Shown: positions 1 to 10,051 of the stretch, piece by piece | Layout of the letters: each line of letters opens with the position of its first letter | Position numbering within the stretch: the first letter of the stretch is position 1 | From: Candidatus Bathyarchaeota archaeon | Lineage (GTDB): Archaea; Thermoproteota; Bathyarchaeia; TCS64 | Assembly (NCBI GenBank): GCA_026014815.1 | Contig: JAOZHP010000110.1 | Location: 1,047 to 65,046 of the forward strand | Direction: 5' to 3' | DNA: 64,000 nucleotides | The notes under the pieces: generated by a model | What the model was told of the DNA's origin: nothing | Database searches by the model: none | The model's input: the letters and a program-made list of their open reading frames with translations, nothing else | Position numbers and translations under genes: made by a program

Positions 1-213
1 AGACTCGACGTTCTGATCAGGCTCAACCACCACGACGATCCGCTTCTCAACGTCCCTACCAGGTTCAAAGGGAACCACCCTTAACGACCGATCTCTCTGT
101 ATCTCTAGATACACACGGTCTCCTTTCGTCAGACTGTTCACTCTCAACCAGTCTTTAGGCAGAGTTATGACAAGGGAGGCGCTTCCAAGAGCCACAATTT
201 TCCGGGTCTCCAT
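1..213 (-). CDS. AbrB/SpoVT-domain PhoU-family phosphate uptake regulator (partial, runs off window)
   Basis: Manual translation from ATG at 213: METRKIVALGSASLVITLPKDWLRVNSLTKGDRVYLE, the typical N-terminal AbrB domain of archaeal PhoU regulators. Confidence 0.75.
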   Translation of the reverse strand, partial: METRKIVALGSASLVITLPKDWLRVNSLTKGDRVYLEIQRDRSLRVVPFEPGRDVEKRIVVVVEPDQNVES

Positions 214-435
214 AGGTCCTCAGTATGGAAACAGAGTCATATGTTTATATATATTCGTGAAAAGTCTCTTTTTGAGCCCTTGATATTAACGCGTATATAC
301 GTTGTACGGTCGTGTGATGGGGTGAAGTACACATAAAAAAGTGATAAAACACTGAGACGCTAATTGCTTTGGATCTGATTCAAACTCGCATTCGTGAATC
401 TTTTAACCTAATAGAATAACGTTGATGTGATCTAA

Positions 436-1938
436 ATGATTCTTGGCGAATACCTCACCGTCCGTGAGATGATAACCGTCGAACATAATTCCGCGCACCT
501 CGGTGTCTCCACCATGATCATGATGGAGAACGCAGGAAGATCCATCGCAGATGAGATAAGCAAACGGTTCAAGCCAGGAAGCACAGTAACAGTTGTATGT
601 GGAATATCTGGAAACGGGGGAGACGGCTGCGTAGCTGCGCGTCATCTAGCGAACCGAGGATACATTGTGGAGGTTATCATTCTAGGTGATCCTAAGAACA
701 TAACTCTCGAGAACACCAGAGCCAACTACACAGCTGTCCACAACATGAAGAACAGTGTCAAGGTCAAGATACTGAAAGACACATCACTCATCCAGCCCAT
801 AGAGGCTGACGTAATAATTGACGCTCTTATTGGGACAAGCATGAAAGGTTCTCTGTTGCCTCCCTTTCTACAGATGGTGGAAGCCATCAACAACTCAGAC
901 GCTTTCAGGATATCGGTAGATGTGCCTACTGGAGTAGAGTCAGACACAGGCATCGCCCACGGGGAATACGTCAAAGCTGACCTCACGGTGACTTTCCATA
1001 AACCCAAGCAAGGATACAAACAACACCCAGACATAGGTGGAAAGCTAGTGGTAGCCAAGATAGGCATCCCACTTGAAGCCGAGATCTACACTGGGCCCGG
1101 TGACGTCTGGGCATCTCAGCCCAAAAGAGAGGAAACAGCGCATAAAGGAATGTATGGGAGCCTGCTGGTGGTGGGTGGAAGCGAGACTTACAGCGGTGCT
1201 CCTGCACTAGCCGCGATGGCGGCCTATGCCACAGGCTTGGATCTAGTATATGTAGCTGTGCCAGAGTCAGCAGCAGGCGCTGTGATGGGGTTCAGCCCGA
1301 GCCTAATAACTGTGAAACTCAAAGGAGAGAGACTAACCTCAAGCAACTTAGAGCAGCTGAAGCCCTTCCTTGATAAGGTGGACGCGGTTGCAGTTGGCCC
1401 AGGCTTAGGCGTCTACGATGATTCCGTCAAGGCGTTCCATCAACTATACCACATGGTTCAAGAGAAAGGGTTGCCGATGGTGATCGACGCTGACGGATTG
1501 AAGGCATATGCCAAAACAATGGCAGAGGTCAGATCACCGACAGTGTTTACCCCCCATACCAGAGAGTTCAAGCTACTCACCGGAACTGAAGCCAACGGCC
1601 GCTTCACCGAGAAAGGGGTTATTGTTGAAGCCGAAGCTAGAAACATTGGAGCAATCATATTACTGAAGGGGAGCGTAGATGTGTTAAGCGACGGAAAGAA
1701 AACACGTTACAACTGGACTGGAAACCCAGGGATGACGGTGGGAGGCACAGGCGATGTCCTCACGGGGCTTGTTGGAGGCTTCCTTGCGTTAGGCTCCTCT
1801 CCGATGGGTGCCGCTGCAGCGGCTGCTTACCTCAACGGCGCAGCCGGTAACGTGGTTAAGGAACGAAAAGGATACCATATTCTCCCAGAGGACTTGATCC
1901 AGGAGATACCCTACATCATTGAGAACTGTCTAGATTAA
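436..1938 (+). CDS. nnr: Bifunctional NAD(P)HX epimerase/dehydratase (YjeF N+C)
   Basis: MMENAG, GNGGDG, DVPTG, HKG..G.LLVVGGS..YSGAP, VIDADGL, TPH..EF and GGTGDVL motifs. Confidence 0.95.
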   Translation: MILGEYLTVREMITVEHNSAHLGVSTMIMMENAGRSIADEISKRFKPGSTVTVVCGISGNGGDGCVAARHLANRGYIVEVIILGDPKNITLENTRANYTAVHNMKNSVKVKILKDTSLIQPIEADVIIDALIGTSMKGSLLPPFLQMVEAINNSDAFRISVDVPTGVESDTGIAHGEYVKADLTVTFHKPKQGYKQHPDIGGKLVVAKIGIPLEAEIYTGPGDVWASQPKREETAHKGMYGSLLVVGGSETYSGAPALAAMAAYATGLDLVYVAVPESAAGAVMGFSPSLITVKLKGERLTSSNLEQLKPFLDKVDAVAVGPGLGVYDDSVKAFHQLYHMVQEKGLPMVIDADGLKAYAKTMAEVRSPTVFTPHTREFKLLTGTEANGRFTEKGVIVEAEARNIGAIILLKGSVDVLSDGKKTRYNWTGNPGMTVGGTGDVLTGLVGGFLALGSSPMGAAAAAAYLNGAAGNVVKERKGYHILPEDLIQEIPYIIENCLD

Positions 1939-2801
1939 GGCATCAAGAGCTGGATGTTCACGTCCAGCATAGCGCTTATCTTGTCCATTGGAATACGCAG
2001 GTCCTCGTGAGGCGCATACCTGTTTAGGTTAAGCAGCATATCCACGTAGGGTCGCTGCCTGACACCAGGATAATCTGTTCCAAAGATCATCTTATCCATT
2101 ACCCCAAGGTTCAGAGCCACCAGCAGGTCACGCCAAAGCATGTAAAGGAAGCTCGGATGATTCACGTCACCGTAAGGCCAACTGATGTCACACCAAACGT
2201 TCCTGTGCTTCCGAGTCACGTATAGCGTCTCCTCGACTCGGGGGTAACCGAGGTGAGCCAACACTATTTTTAGGTCTGGGAAGCTCTCGGCTACTACATC
2301 TATCTGCGCTGGGTCCGTGTGCTTCATCAAGTCATAGGCGGTAGGCATCCCCGCGTGATGAAACATTATGGGCATCCCGATCCCCGCTGCTGCCTCATAG
2401 ACCTTGAAGGCATGAGTGTCATCTGGGGAATACCCGTCACTGCATGGGTAAAGCTTCAAGCCGTGAAGACCCAGGTCATGACGCTGCTTCAAAACAACAT
2501 CAGCGGCTCCATGCCTCGTAGGGTTCACATAACCGAACCCTATGAAATGCTCTGGGTCCGCCTTAACGAACTCTGAAACCTGTTCAGGGCTCGTCCTGGG
2601 GTCACTGAGAACAATGGCCTTGTCGATGCCAGCCTCCTGAAGATCAGCGAGGAACTCTTCCCTCGTCACTCCAATGACCGTGGGGTTCGCTGGGTCGCTG
2701 TACTCAGTGATGCTGATGTGGCAGTGATAGTCTACCTTAGGGAGGTTCGTCTCCCTGAAGGACTCTTTTTTTTCTATCTGTGTTGTACCTAGGCTTGACA
2801 A
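1935..2801 (-). CDS. Amidohydrolase_2 family metal-dependent hydrolase
   Basis: DYHCH, GLKLYP, LAHLG and FGTDYP motifs. Confidence 0.85.
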   Translation of the reverse strand: MSSLGTTQIEKKESFRETNLPKVDYHCHISITEYSDPANPTVIGVTREEFLADLQEAGIDKAIVLSDPRTSPEQVSEFVKADPEHFIGFGYVNPTRHGAADVVLKQRHDLGLHGLKLYPCSDGYSPDDTHAFKVYEAAAGIGMPIMFHHAGMPTAYDLMKHTDPAQIDVVAESFPDLKIVLAHLGYPRVEETLYVTRKHRNVWCDISWPYGDVNHPSFLYMLWRDLLVALNLGVMDKMIFGTDYPGVRQRPYVDMLLNLNRYAPHEDLRIPMDKISAMLDVNIQLLMP

Positions 2802-2846
2802 ATCAATCCAGAATAACGTGGATGCAGATAATTATATGATTATAGC

Positions 2847-3566
2847 TTACCGTCGAGCCGGTAATAGATCATGAGCGTACTTTCTCCCAGTCTTGCTGAT
2901 GAACGCCTCGGCGTAATCCACTCCAGCCTCCCTTCCAAGCTGCCTGAACCGATGAATATATCGGGTTACAACCTCCTCCAAGTAGCCCTCCTGTCTCTCA
3001 GGTGGCTCCCCCCAGCGCTGCCACTGGCTCACATGCTGCCTGAAGCTCTCCACCTTCACATCCATGTAATCCGAGACGTCAACATAGACATCAGGCTTTG
3101 CATCAGACATGGTGGACCCGAAGAAATAGACCTCGGGCTCTGGTCTATGAGCAGGATGAGCTGTCACATGAAGAGGAAGACTTGCCTTCATGGATGCATC
3201 TGATGCGGCGAGACCGACACGTCTATGGTCGTCTCTCCAGACCAAGGGGTGGAAGGTGATTACGATATCTGGTTTAAGCTCACGGATCACATCCACGAGG
3301 GCTTCCCTGAGCGTGTCGCCATCCGGGACAGACGCATCCTCATAGTCAAGGAACCTTACGTCAGCGCCCAGTATCTCAGCGGCTTTACTCATCTCCATGG
3401 TCCTTATCTCTTTGAGGTCTTCCGATGGTATCTCCCAGTGTCCTCTACCTCCTCTCGTTGCATGCACGATAGTAGCCTTGTGTCCTCTATCGACGTATTT
3501 CGCTATGGTACCGCTGGCGAAAGCCTCGTCGTCAGGGTGAGCCCCTATAAACACGAGATGCATCAC
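2847..3566 (-). CDS. PIG-L/LmbE family N-acetyl deacetylase
   Basis: AHPDDE and DDH motifs. Confidence 0.9.
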   Translation of the reverse strand: MMHLVFIGAHPDDEAFASGTIAKYVDRGHKATIVHATRGGRGHWEIPSEDLKEIRTMEMSKAAEILGADVRFLDYEDASVPDGDTLREALVDVIRELKPDIVITFHPLVWRDDHRRVGLAASDASMKASLPLHVTAHPAHRPEPEVYFFGSTMSDAKPDVYVDVSDYMDVKVESFRQHVSQWQRWGEPPERQEGYLEEVVTRYIHRFRQLGREAGVDYAEAFISKTGRKYAHDLLPARR

Positions 3567-4846
3567 TCGGTCACCCCGAACTGGGGGAGCAGGTCCTTGT
3601 GCGCCTCCATAAGCTCGTTGAACGCCTTTTCCGCGGCCACTGTGTCGTGGACAACAGGGTCCGCGAGCATCGCCTGCACTGCAAGCCTCTTGTCGCCACT
3701 GACCCCTGCTTCAACAGCAAGACTCTGAATAAGTATCTGAATGTTGCATAGAGCTGCTAGACCTTGGGGCATATCACCCACGTGAATAGGTCGGACACCC
3801 CCCTTGTTTATGATGGCGGGCGTCTCGACTATCGCGTCGTTGATGAGGTTACTCACCTGCCCCTCGTTGGGAAGATTTACCTGGAGTTCCATATGGTTGC
3901 TGTTGGTGATGATGCCCGAGATTATGTGCATGGCTCGCTCCCCTGAGAGCTTTCCCTTGATATCCAGAGGCTCCTTGCCTTCAATGAAACGATTTATTTT
4001 CTCCCAGTTCCTGTTTCCATGCTCATCCATCCGGTCTATCCAGTTGAAGCCCCTGTCTTCTGGTGGACACACATCCCACGCATAAGCCAGATACTCGCCG
4101 AGGTGATTATCATCAGTTGAAGGGTAAAGACCGAACTTATCGTACATGGCCCTGCAGAGAGGCTGGAAGCCTTTTGCCTCTGCCATAGCATCTCTGAGTA
4201 ACGGGTACGCGTCAGAGCCATCCTTCAATGTGAGCTCCTTGTACCAGCTGAAATGGTTGATGCCACAGCTCACGGCGTCTATCAACGCAGTTGGCACCCC
4301 CATACGTGGGGCAAGTCGTTGGAGCTGATGCTCCACCTCATGACATAGTCCAACCACCTTCACGTCGGTGTACCGAGTTATCGCTAGACACAGCCTCGGC
4401 ACAGGGTTCGTGTAGTTGAGCAGTAACGCGTCGGGGCACTGTTCCTCCATATCCAAGGCGATATCAAGTACGGGTGGAATGTTCCTCAGAGTATGGAAGA
4501 GACCACCTGGACCCCCATTCTCGCCTATCACTTGCTTGATGCCGTGCTTGAAAGGTATCTCCCAGTCCATGCGCCACCGGTTCATCCGGTCAACCGCGAT
4601 GCTCATGAGGACAAAGTCCGCATCCTCCAGTGCCTCAGCTCTATCGATGGTTTGCTGTATCTCAAGTCCCGCGCCAGCTTTCTCGCTCATCTTCTCGGCG
4701 AGCCCAGTCATGGAGTCCAGCCGAGACTCATCGATATCATGTAAAACAAGGTTAGCGCCGTGAAGAGCCTCGATGTTAACGGCGTCAAGGACCGAGTTGT
4801 ATCCGAAAACGCTGCTCCCAGCCCCGATTAGAACGATACGTACCAT
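3563..4846 (-). CDS. Family 4 glycoside hydrolase (NAD+/Mn-dependent alpha-galactosidase/glucosidase-like)
   Basis: IGAGS, GENGGPGG, NYTNP, GLCH and GINH motifs. Confidence 0.9.
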   Translation of the reverse strand: MVRIVLIGAGSSVFGYNSVLDAVNIEALHGANLVLHDIDESRLDSMTGLAEKMSEKAGAGLEIQQTIDRAEALEDADFVLMSIAVDRMNRWRMDWEIPFKHGIKQVIGENGGPGGLFHTLRNIPPVLDIALDMEEQCPDALLLNYTNPVPRLCLAITRYTDVKVVGLCHEVEHQLQRLAPRMGVPTALIDAVSCGINHFSWYKELTLKDGSDAYPLLRDAMAEAKGFQPLCRAMYDKFGLYPSTDDNHLGEYLAYAWDVCPPEDRGFNWIDRMDEHGNRNWEKINRFIEGKEPLDIKGKLSGERAMHIISGIITNSNHMELQVNLPNEGQVSNLINDAIVETPAIINKGGVRPIHVGDMPQGLAALCNIQILIQSLAVEAGVSGDKRLAVQAMLADPVVHDTVAAEKAFNELMEAHKDLLPQFGVTE

Positions 4847-4867
4847 ACATAGGTGTTAGCACCGGGT

Positions 4868-5527
4868 TTAATTCAATATTGATGTAGCAATCATGTAAAG
4901 TCCGGCAGCCACAAGGATCAAGGCGTTAATCTTCTTTATGTGAGGCAGCAGGTTCATGACGCGTGTATGCATCTGCTCCTTGCTATAAGTTAACGCCAAG
5001 GTGAGGGGCACCATCAACGTGGCTGCCCCTAACCCATAAGCCGTAAACATGAGGAGCATATCCAAAGGTCCTCCCGCGGTAGCTGTCTGGAGCACAAGTA
5101 ACACAAATATGGGGAAGCTGCACGTCAGCGAAGCAGCGCCGTACCCCAACCCGTAGAGGTAAAAGTTTTTTACCCCTAGGCCCTGAGGAGCCTTCGTTGG
5201 TATGGATGGTATCCTGTACATGATGCTGCTGAACCCCGTCACGAGTCCTATGATAATCAGGAAGCCACCTATGAGTGGAGTGATATAGACAAGTCGCTCT
5301 GCTACGATGTTGATGGCGAAGCTTGGTAGAAGTCCAATGACGAGGAAGACAGTGAGGAAACCGAGAACTGTAGTGAAAGCGAATACCAGTGATCTCTTCA
5401 GGTCCAAGTCCGTCTCCTCGACATTCATATAGTAAGCCACATAGGAAGGAAGCATGGGCAACGCGCATGGCGCCAAGATAGCTAAGAAACCCGCGGAGAA
5501 AGTGAGACTCAGGCTTCCAAGGTCCAT
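4868..5527 (-). CDS. ccdA: CcdA/DsbD-type cytochrome c biogenesis / disulfide reductase membrane protein
   Basis: APCALPMLP and second Cys (SLTC) in a multi-TM protein; adjacent thioredoxin. Confidence 0.8.
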   Translation of the reverse strand: MDLGSLSLTFSAGFLAILAPCALPMLPSYVAYYMNVEETDLDLKRSLVFAFTTVLGFLTVFLVIGLLPSFAINIVAERLVYITPLIGGFLIIIGLVTGFSSIMYRIPSIPTKAPQGLGVKNFYLYGLGYGAASLTCSFPIFVLLVLQTATAGGPLDMLLMFTAYGLGAATLMVPLTLALTYSKEQMHTRVMNLLPHIKKINALILVAAGLYMIATSILN

Positions 5528-5531
5528 AGTA

Positions 5532-6041
5532 TCACCCGAACTGCTGGAAGACGGTCTCGAATTGACTTAGCGGCGTATAGAATCCCCTGTAACGAATGAT
5601 GCCTTCTTTGTCCACTATAACGATCACTGGGATGGCGTTGACCTTGTACTCTAGAGCTGACTCTGGGCTGTGCCCGAAGCTCCAAGTTATTCCCTCTTCG
5701 TCAGCGAAATCCATGAGCGATGTCATGTTGTATCTTGGATCGACGTTCACCGTAATTATCTCCACATCTGAGTATTGATTCACGAGTTGAAGTACCTTTA
5801 TCTGATCCTTGCACGGTGGACACCAAGGAGCCATAAAGTCAAGGACGATGAACTTGTCGTCAATCGTAGTGGTGTCGATAATACCCCCAAAAACTGATTG
5901 AATCTCAAGATCTGTAATTTTGTCGCCAACACTTGTGCCAACCTTGATTAGGTTATTTTGTTGCTCGAAGTAGAGATAAGCCGCTAATACCAGAATAATG
6001 GCGACAGCAGGTACAACGTACCTTTTTGGGAGATTCTCCAT
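5532..6041 (-). CDS. TlpA-like membrane-anchored thioredoxin
   Basis: N-terminal TM segment, WCPPC motif, cis-Pro AIP. Confidence 0.85.
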   Translation of the reverse strand: MENLPKRYVVPAVAIILVLAAYLYFEQQNNLIKVGTSVGDKITDLEIQSVFGGIIDTTTIDDKFIVLDFMAPWCPPCKDQIKVLQLVNQYSDVEIITVNVDPRYNMTSLMDFADEEGITWSFGHSPESALEYKVNAIPVIVIVDKEGIIRYRGFYTPLSQFETVFQQFG

Positions 6042-6205
6042 AACGTTCAGATTCGCGGTACGACTGTTAAAAAAGATGTTGATAGTTGCCTACCAATTGT
6101 GAACACCATATGAAATCGCGTATTCCCTTAATCTGGATAACAAGATAGTATAACACCTCTTGGAGTTTAACATTAAAATTAGAGAGGAAATATGAATTTA
6201 AGGAG

Positions 6206-7036
6206 CTATCTTCTTTCAGCAGCACCCGCTAGATAGATGGCTGCACGCATCGCGTTAATGGCTGTTTTGTAGTCATTGAAATTTCCTTTCATGTTTCTAC
6301 CATCAATTCGCTCGAAGCTGGGCATAAGTGATGCTAAATCACACATTGTGGATGTGTTGAATAGCAACTTGACTTCGACTGGCTCATTTACAACTCTTGG
6401 TTCTGGAAGCGGTTTAGTTAGAGCTTCCTTCACCTTTGCTGTGATAAGTTTAGTGGACTCGTTAGGGTGAAGACATTTCGCGGAGTACCTGCCAACCGCC
6501 CATTTCACAGCGGCCGTAGTTATTCCGGGCACAAATGCGTTTGCTTCAACAGTTGCAGCATAGTCCCCTGCCAAGAACACGGAGGGAACACCATGTACTC
6601 CAGCTGTTCCGCTGTTTAGTCCGAACTCACCGGTCTCCCTGCTGTTGATCCAGATGCCGTCGATCGCTCTGCCACTGATTGTATGACACATGATGCCGTT
6701 AGATGTTCCCTTCATGCTATGGTAACCAACGTACATGGCTGCGTCGAAGGTGTCGTCGATTCCCTCCATCATGGCCCCAGGCTTGGGACTGCCCCTGACA
6801 AGATGAGCTGCCTCATGGACCTCCTCGGGGCGAAGGTTCCTCATGCCACCGTGGGCATCGCTTACAACGATCTCTTTAACTCCAGCATCCAAGGCTCCCT
6901 TGATAGCAGCGTTAAGGTCTCCTGCCATGAGCTTCCGGGCGAAGACGTACTCGCTGTTATTGCGGTCCACTTCGCTCCAGTCAACTATGCCTGAGATGCC
7001 TTCCATGTCGATGGATATGAAAACTCGTTTTACCAT
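6206..7036 (-). CDS. dppA: M55 family D-aminopeptidase (DppA)
   Basis: SIDMEG, SDAHG, GYHS and HT motifs. Confidence 0.9.
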   Translation of the reverse strand: MVKRVFISIDMEGISGIVDWSEVDRNNSEYVFARKLMAGDLNAAIKGALDAGVKEIVVSDAHGGMRNLRPEEVHEAAHLVRGSPKPGAMMEGIDDTFDAAMYVGYHSMKGTSNGIMCHTISGRAIDGIWINSRETGEFGLNSGTAGVHGVPSVFLAGDYAATVEANAFVPGITTAAVKWAVGRYSAKCLHPNESTKLITAKVKEALTKPLPEPRVVNEPVEVKLLFNTSTMCDLASLMPSFERIDGRNMKGNFNDYKTAINAMRAAIYLAGAAERR

Positions 7037-7067
7037 ACATCACAGTACATAACAGAGATATTTGACT

Positions 7068-7175
7068 TCACTGAAAGTCTCGTTTATACAGCTCCCAAGC
7101 TATCACACTGAAAATGAACACAAGGAGAAGGATGATGAAGCCAGTGACAAACCCGATAATCACTCCAAAACTCAC
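7068..7175 (-). CDS. Small single-pass membrane protein (~35 aa)
   Basis: GTG start behind GGTGAT SD; MSFGVIIGFVTGFIILLLVFIFSVIAWELYKRDFQ is a hydrophobic helix. Confidence 0.5.
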   Translation of the reverse strand: MSFGVIIGFVTGFIILLLVFIFSVIAWELYKRDFQ

Positions 7176-7252
7176 AACATCACCAATGTATCCTAGAGAG
7201 GACTGAGTGAGTGGCAGAATAAGTATATAATCAATGTTAGAAAGTAAAGTTA

Positions 7253-7357
7253 AGCGGTGGGCGCTCCGACCCATCCGGAAACCCTGACACCCGCCACGCC
7301 TCCAAGCCAGGCCGGATACGAGGGCCAACGAGACGGGGGTGAGCCGACGCCGCCGTT
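7253..7357 (+). ncRNA. Candidate ~105-nt structured non-coding RNA
   Basis: GC-rich intergenic stretch; TATATAA at 7224-7230; ends pair (AGCGGTGG/CCGCCGTT); inner ATCCGG/CCGGAT and CCTG/CAGG helices; followed by T-tract. Confidence 0.5.
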
Positions 7358-7420
7358 CCTTTTCAAATTATCAATGACATACATATAGCACAATTCTCAC
7401 ATGGCGTGAGAGTTTCCAGA

Positions 7421-7585
7421 CTACTTATCATAGGTCTCGGGCATCTTGAATAGGATTGGTTCACCGCACCATAGGCACAGCATTGTCTTGGGTACAAGGT
7501 GTTCACATTTCTTACAGATGGTAAGAGCGCCATCGTCCTCAACGGTTGTTTCAACAGGCATCTCTAGCATTAACTTTTGGGCCAT
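7421..7585 (-). CDS. Zinc-ribbon microprotein (54 aa)
   Basis: Manual translation MAQKLMLEMPVETTVEDDGALTICKKCEHLVPKTMLCLWCGEPILFKMPETYDK with two CxxC motifs; below ORF-track cutoff. Confidence 0.6.
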   Translation of the reverse strand: MAQKLMLEMPVETTVEDDGALTICKKCEHLVPKTMLCLWCGEPILFKMPETYDK

Positions 7586-7714
7586 GTTTATCGTGCTCGA
7601 ATCATCGTTTCGCCTTTTAAGTAAAACGGATCAGTATTCAGGAGAGAGATCAGTAAAAGTGACCACTGATCCATATGTCAGCATTCTTATAAATACAGGA
7701 AACTTGACTCCCTC

Positions 7715-8530
7715 ATGAACCCAAAGCTCATCCATGACCCAAAGCGACGCAGGATGAGGGTAGCCTGCTTCGTAAGCGGATCAGGAAGCAACGCCCGAAG
7801 GATAATCGAGAGAAGCCGTCAACCTGATAGCCTGTATGACGTGGTTCTAATGTTCACCGATGTGCGTGATAGTAGGAAGAAGAAAAACGGTGAGAAGCGT
7901 TGCAAAGCCAAGGACATCGCAGACGAGCATGGGATAGGATACGAGTGCGAGGACATACGGGACTTTTACAAGGAGAAAGGGGTACCCCGGAAGGACCTCT
8001 CAGTGAGACCGGAGTTCGATGAAAAGGCCATAAAAAAGATCAATCCTTACGACGTGGACCTCATCTGTAATGCAGGGTACATGACGATCATGACGCCGCC
8101 CATTCTCGACGCTTACTCGGGCAGGATAATCAACGTACACCCAGCTGATCTAAGCATAATGGATGGCCCTGAACGGAAATACGTGGGTATCCACGTGGTA
8201 GAGGAGGCAATCCTCGCCGGTGAAACAGAGATAAGAGCCACAACCCACATCGTCCGAAAGAAGGTTGACCATGGCGAGATACTTGTCATAAGCGAATCAG
8301 TCCCAGTACAGCTACCAGAGGGAGTAACCGTCGAAGCACTCAGCGAGGAAAAAAAATTGCTTAAACAAATAGTTAATGACCATCAGAGCAAGCTCAAGGA
8401 GCGCGGTGACTGGGCGATCTACCCTTTGACAGTGCAACTCATCGCAGAGGGCAAGTTCAGCCTAGCAAATGATCAAATCTATTTTGATGGAGAACCTGCG
8501 CCCAATGGGGTAAGGCTACCTCGTGATTGA
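7715..8530 (+). CDS. purN: Phosphoribosylglycinamide formyltransferase-like formyltransferase
   Basis: VSGSGSN, AGYM, INVHP and H..V...VDHG motifs. Confidence 0.75.
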   Translation: MNPKLIHDPKRRRMRVACFVSGSGSNARRIIERSRQPDSLYDVVLMFTDVRDSRKKKNGEKRCKAKDIADEHGIGYECEDIRDFYKEKGVPRKDLSVRPEFDEKAIKKINPYDVDLICNAGYMTIMTPPILDAYSGRIINVHPADLSIMDGPERKYVGIHVVEEAILAGETEIRATTHIVRKKVDHGEILVISESVPVQLPEGVTVEALSEEKKLLKQIVNDHQSKLKERGDWAIYPLTVQLIAEGKFSLANDQIYFDGEPAPNGVRLPRD

Positions 8531-8968
8531 GGCCACCACAGCCCCAGTAACCTTGATGACTTCATCTGACCTTAGCTCAAGGAGCCTGTCAGTGGAGCCT
8601 CCACCACAATAGAAAGTCTCCATCTCCGCAAGCTCCGTGTCAATAACGGTTCTGACTTTTTCCTTGAGACCGATGCTTGGAGTGCCTCCCGGCGGATAAC
8701 CACTCACGGTATGTGCCTGACTGAAAGGCATTAACTGGATATTCTTCACACCAAGAGCCTTAGAAGCCTTCTTAAGATCAACTCGGGCGTCTCCCGGAAC
8801 AACCAGCAGGACATATTCGCCTGTGTTAGCGGTGGATACAAGGTTCTTGGTGATGCTGTGGAGTGGGATACCGGTGGCTTCAGAGGCATCAGCGGTGTGC
8901 ACGGTATCCATCTTATCAACGAATCTATGCCAAACGCCTAGCTCCATGAGCTTGTTCTCTAGATTCAT
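8516..8968 (-). CDS. YbaK/prolyl-tRNA editing domain protein
   Basis: KNLV, SGYPPGGTP and CGGG motifs. Confidence 0.85.
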   Translation of the reverse strand: MNLENKLMELGVWHRFVDKMDTVHTADASEATGIPLHSITKNLVSTANTGEYVLLVVPGDARVDLKKASKALGVKNIQLMPFSQAHTVSGYPPGGTPSIGLKEKVRTVIDTELAEMETFYCGGGSTDRLLELRSDEVIKVTGAVVASITR

Positions 8969-8969
8969 C

Positions 8970-9902
8970 TTAGTCGTCCCTGAGGATTGGGCAGGTCATG
9001 CAGTGAGGTCCACCGCCGCCGATCGCCAGCTGACTGCCTGGAATGCTTATGACATCGAAACCTCTGTCTTCTAGCAGCGGGATGATACGTTCATTCCACT
9101 CGTAGCTGACGCATTTGCCGTCGCCGAGGCCCACGATGTTGCTGCCGAAGACCCTGATCTCTGTGTCGTTGCAGTAGATGAGCTCGACATCCTTCTCTTT
9201 TAGATAGTCCTCTAGCCACATGAGCTCGACGCCGTCCTCGTTATAGATGTAGGCCGGGAACAGCTTCAGGGCTGTCGGATAGAAAAGCGCTAAATCGGGG
9301 GACATCATCATCAACGCTCCGTCAAGGTGAACCCTCCAGCTTGGAAGAGGCTGTGCAACAAACTCCTTGACACAATATCCAAGAAGAGTGTCCCTCATCT
9401 GGAATACGCCGTGCTCGTTACTTCGTGTTCCGTATCCCATCATAGGTGTATCCTTGTTGCACCAGACAAAGTCACCTCCCTCGACTATACCCGGTGGGGT
9501 CACCTTGTTGGCGATGGGTATGTTAAGCTTGTTAAACGCCTTCTCTATAATCGTCGGTTCCACGAACCGCGTGGGATAAGCCATCCTGAGTATGCTGGCG
9601 CCCGCCTTGGTTACCATCCCTACATCCCTTGTATATACTAGGTTAGGCAGTGTCTCAGCGATCTGTGTATGTCTATCGTCCAGAAGATCGGTGAGCATCA
9701 CTATATCGATGCCGTCGCCCTTCAGAGCGTCTGTTAGGAAATCATGTTCCTCTTGGAAGGCTTTCCAGTAGACAGGGGCGCGGAAAAGGTAGTCGTTCTT
9801 GTTGCCCGCGGTTACTGCACGCATTCCCTCGTTAGGGCGATGCATCAATACCTTGCGGAGTTTACCGTACTCTGTTTGAGCGCCATAACTCATCTGATTC
9901 AC
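8970..9902 (-). CDS. Arginine deiminase/amidinotransferase family protein
   Basis: YTRD, EGGD, HLD and GGGPHCMT motifs. Confidence 0.9.
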   Translation of the reverse strand: MNQMSYGAQTEYGKLRKVLMHRPNEGMRAVTAGNKNDYLFRAPVYWKAFQEEHDFLTDALKGDGIDIVMLTDLLDDRHTQIAETLPNLVYTRDVGMVTKAGASILRMAYPTRFVEPTIIEKAFNKLNIPIANKVTPPGIVEGGDFVWCNKDTPMMGYGTRSNEHGVFQMRDTLLGYCVKEFVAQPLPSWRVHLDGALMMMSPDLALFYPTALKLFPAYIYNEDGVELMWLEDYLKEKDVELIYCNDTEIRVFGSNIVGLGDGKCVSYEWNERIIPLLEDRGFDVISIPGSQLAIGGGGPHCMTCPILRDD

Positions 9903-10051
9903 AGAGATAGGGGCGATGTCTCATCAGAATAATGTTTCCTAGAGACCCCTGTAATTTTATCACATTTATTGAAAAATGTAACTATTTACAGAGTAACGGA
10001 CCATTTTGTTTTTATTTCAGACTACGGGATTCATTTAGATATGGTTTGACT

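Noticed and set aside
7253-7357. 5S rRNA
   Set aside because: Only patchy resemblance; lacks the conserved loop C/E sequences and three-way 5S fold; kept as an unknown RNA candidate
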